64,000 bases of DNA from Spizellomyces punctatus DAOM BR117 (Eukaryota), in the NCBI GenBank assembly GCA_000182565.2, contig KQ257450.1. One strand, written 5' to 3'. Under the pieces are notes generated by a model, which was given only the letters and a program-made list of their open reading frames with translations, was not told where the DNA came from and searched no databases. Below are positions 60,694 through 64,000 of the stretch, in pieces (the stretch's first letter is position 1; every line of letters starts with the position of its first letter). The translations under genes were made by a program, and so were the position numbers.

Positions 60694-61764
60694 CGCACAG
60701 CGTTGATTGTTCGTTACAAGAAGGTTATGTTTCAGCGATTATGGAATCTTGCCATTATGAATCTTTCTAGACAGAGCACCATAGCATAGATGTTAAGTTC
60801 ATCAGACCATGCAGCGGCAGCCCAGATATCCGATTCGGATGGTACAGAAATAGAATAAAAAATTGAAAATGTAGTCCGAATGACTACAATAAATAACGTT
60901 GCATTGACAGCGATTACATGTATCCAGATGGTTACTTCTTGCCTATACCATAAAACAACTGAGTAATCAATCAAGCTAATCAGTGTTGAGAAACCCGTTC
61001 ACTCACCTTCCACAAATAGGACGTGCTTGTTAACTATCCGAATGTAACAAAGATTGGCATTGAGTTAGGGGACCTTGAGTTGAAAACTATTCTAGCCTTA
61101 CCTATCGGATCATACTTCATTAATTGAAGTTTCGGTAGAGCTCTTCTTCTTGTTGTGGTATAAAAGAAACCGGTGCCAGCTGAGCTGAGCAATCGTAAGA
61201 CGACGGTTCTGGTCGAGAAGGAAATGTTTGCGTACGACTTTCGACTTGGACCTCAGCAACATAATGCACTCCTTACCTCGCCTTTGCCTTCTTCACCACT
61301 GAAACAGTAACAAACATAAGTTTTGAACTTCGAAAGACCATTTGACAAAAACGGGCAGCGGAAACTTACTGTCGTCGTTGGAGTGATCTCGAGTATCAGT
61401 GAAGCTGCAAGTGGACACGGCAGCGATCCTAACCTGTTACCAAAACTGTCACGTGCTTCGATCTCGGAAGCCACATTCCAAGCCACCAGTGGGCAAACGT
61501 AAGCTGATCGGTTGTGTCATTTTAACATGAAAGTGTCATTACAAACACAAGCTCAGTATCCACGTCTACTACTCTATGGTCAAGTGGAGAGAACGTCCGC
61601 GTGCATCTAAAATAACCGCTGGCATGGGAGGTAATATTGTGTGTAGAACGGAGAAGAGACTGTATAAAAGTTTGAAGAAAGAGCTATAAATCGTATCCAA
61701 ATAGGCGTCCTGGCAAAATAATTGAATTATACTCTGAAGTACAGAGATATGGTATCGACGCATA

Positions 61765-63151
61765 TCACGGTGGGGAAACATGTATCTCCTCTATTAAAAT
61801 CTCAACCGTTTCTTGCGTCACAGGGGGTCTTCGGACGGATTGTACCGGTCCAGACAAGGCGTTTGACACCCGTTCGTTTGACACTCTAGTTCTAAGTGAA
61901 CCCGAAAGGCGCGGACTGTCACCCCTTGACACACCCGACAAGGACATTCGAGGCACCTCGACGATATCACCGCCCCTTCGCTCGGTCATCTCTTGTCCCG
62001 GCTCTACATGAGTAGGAAGGGTCTCCTCCGGATGTATAGGACCCCTTCCTGAGGCAGCCATCATCAGTGTTTTGCGCCCTTCTTTCGCCTCTATGAGCTT
62101 GTGTCCGTCGTAGTCCAGCCAGCGGATTACCTTGCCCCACCAGCGATGATTGCCGATTTCGTCCACCTCTATAGCAAGGTGAAAAAGCCACCTGCGTATT
62201 TACGCTGAGATTAGTAAAGAAGATACATAGGTTTTAAGATTATACCAAATGCATACCAGCAGAGGAAAGTGAAAACGAATGCCCCAAGGACATCAATTGT
62301 GTAGTGATACGCTGCATTAAAACAAACCATTAGCGGGTGGCATTCAAAATACAAATGCATTCCTTCAAGGACGTACAACTCATAACCAAAGTCAACATTC
62401 CAAAAATGCAGAATAATACCACAGGGATAGTTATCCAGTAGTGGCGACAATGGTACCAATACATCATCAGACAGGACCCAAACACGATTGTGTGTCCCGA
62501 ATAGAATGTATCCCCGCAATCTACGCGTCTTCCAGAGAAGAGTAACCAAGTGTCTTTCCCGAAGTTTGAATCCACCGGAGTGAAGCAGTAGATGTACGGA
62601 GCAGGAAGATTGGTCAACATCATGTAAGGAACACGACCCAAGTAGAGTGACCCCACAATGAAAAGAGCGCGACGTATGAGCGTAACGGCAGCTGCACCTC
62701 GCGTAATGGCAAAGAGAACCATCTAAATTGCAAGAAATGATCGTCAATACGGATGGAGGAGGTTCCATATGAGAGTGTTTCAATCAGTACCAACACTCCT
62801 GAAATCAGCACACAGGTATCCGGAAGATTCTGCGGTAAATGTACTCGATAGTACCATGGATTGGTAGCATCCAGGAGCGGGTCTGGTGCCACATAACGCT
62901 GGTCAGGAGGTTTGTTGGTGTTTGTGTTCTGCAATAGGACGCAGTTAACAAGGGTCACCACAGTCGTGCTTTGCATCAAAGAATCCGCTATCTACCCTTC
63001 GGTCCGCAAATGCGTTTGCAACTGCAACTAGATATATACAGATAATGAAATAAACGACGGCAAGGCCCAGCAGCCCAAGATCTCTCTTATCCCGCCATAG
63101 CTTTACCCGTGGTTTCACGTGGCGCTCCCATATCGCTCTGAGAGAGGCCAT
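61765..63151 (-). CDS. Sphingomyelin synthase/ceramide phosphotransferase family protein (PAP2-like)
   Basis: PDPLLD, RVPYMMLTNLPAP, D3 motif CGDTFYSGHT and D4 motif YHYTIDV. About six TM segments, multi-exon. Confidence 0.85.
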
Positions 63152-64000
63152 TTATCTAGGGCACAAGCTGTAGACGAGTGAGTAGGTCTGAGCCTGGCGG
63201 AAAGCGGGTAGTGCGGGACAAGGTAGATGAGCTCGACGGGTTAGGCATGCGCTTTTGTACCTTCCGACGATCAATGAGGTAATATCAGCATTCGAACCGG
63301 ATATCCGGTTTATTGACAATGAACAGCTCAGATGTGTCAGTCTGCAAATGAAACCACAGGCATGTCTAGTCTTGACTGCTGACGACTAATTCTCACGCAG
63401 TGGATAGTGCCAATAATATTAGAACAGCGAGTTGGTGGGATGCCGCGTGCAAGGAATGCATGTGCTGTTTCGCGAGAAGCAGGATGGATCTGTACTGTCC
63501 GCTCTGACTCTCCAAGTTGTACTTCAGCAAGATGATTCTCCGTGGGTGGTTGGAGCCTATCGTTCCGCTCTGGCCAGGAAATACCACAGAGCTGGCGTGG
63601 GCGAAGGACAAATTCCGCTGACTAAATGTCGGGCGAAGGTGCTTGCCCATCACGGCTTGAGTTCCTGGGTACTTGAAGGTTCTTTTGAGACCAGAAAGTA
63701 AGGGAAGTTCAAAAGGGTGCGGCGCGCGGGACGCTGCGTAAGATCACATACTTTGACAACTTGATTGTGCTCCATCGCGATTGGGACGTTCAATGTTTCA
63801 AAATCGCAAGCTTCAGGACTAGAAATAAGTTATCAGACGTCCATGTGCGAAGGAATACGGGAGCGAGACTGTCACGCTGTCTCGCAGCGTAACTCAATGA
63901 TGATTGAAGATGTGCAACGGACAGTCAATGTATTGCCTTGATCATGGCCGCAAATTGTCCCGTAGATTGGTTTGCTTTTTCAAGATAATCGGGAATAGTT

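Noticed and set aside
63393-63701. Short ORFs near the right edge
   Set aside because: No domain similarity or clear splice structure; probably upstream sequence of the SMS-family gene.

Overview
Gene-dense, intron-rich eukaryotic DNA with mostly 50-90 nt GT-AG introns. The six-frame ORFs are therefore mainly exon fragments or antisense shadows, and I rebuilt gene models by eye from splice signals, so boundaries are approximate. Fungal housekeeping genes (ERG24, ARG2, GET4, ALG8, MDV1/CAF4, RPL17, MOT1, IWR1, MLH3, FZO1, TSC1, RPP40, MOCS2B, RidA) sit beside flagellar genes (NME5/RSPH23 with a Dpy-30 domain, and a centrin-1/2-type centrin). This points to a zoosporic fungus, probably a chytrid (inference). 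I found about 24 protein-coding genes and no rRNA, tRNA, CRISPR array or recognisable transposon. The most interesting items are: (1) a protein made of about 10 Jupiter/SPIRAL1-like PGG repeats whose introns fall at the same codon position of the repeat; (2) a large RD/RE-rich YTH-domain protein with a degenerate m6A cage and an unusually long intron sharing a motif with its 3' region; (3) a minimal PEHE/Sas4-like scaffold that may be spliced in frame to the upstream HAD gene; (4) an ERG24 with an LBR-like N-terminal extension; (5) a bacterial-type GST with a PTS1-like tail; (6) a sphingomyelin-synthase-family gene; (7) a perfect Gcn4 site before ARG2 and two near-identical RFX X-boxes before GET4 and MLH3.
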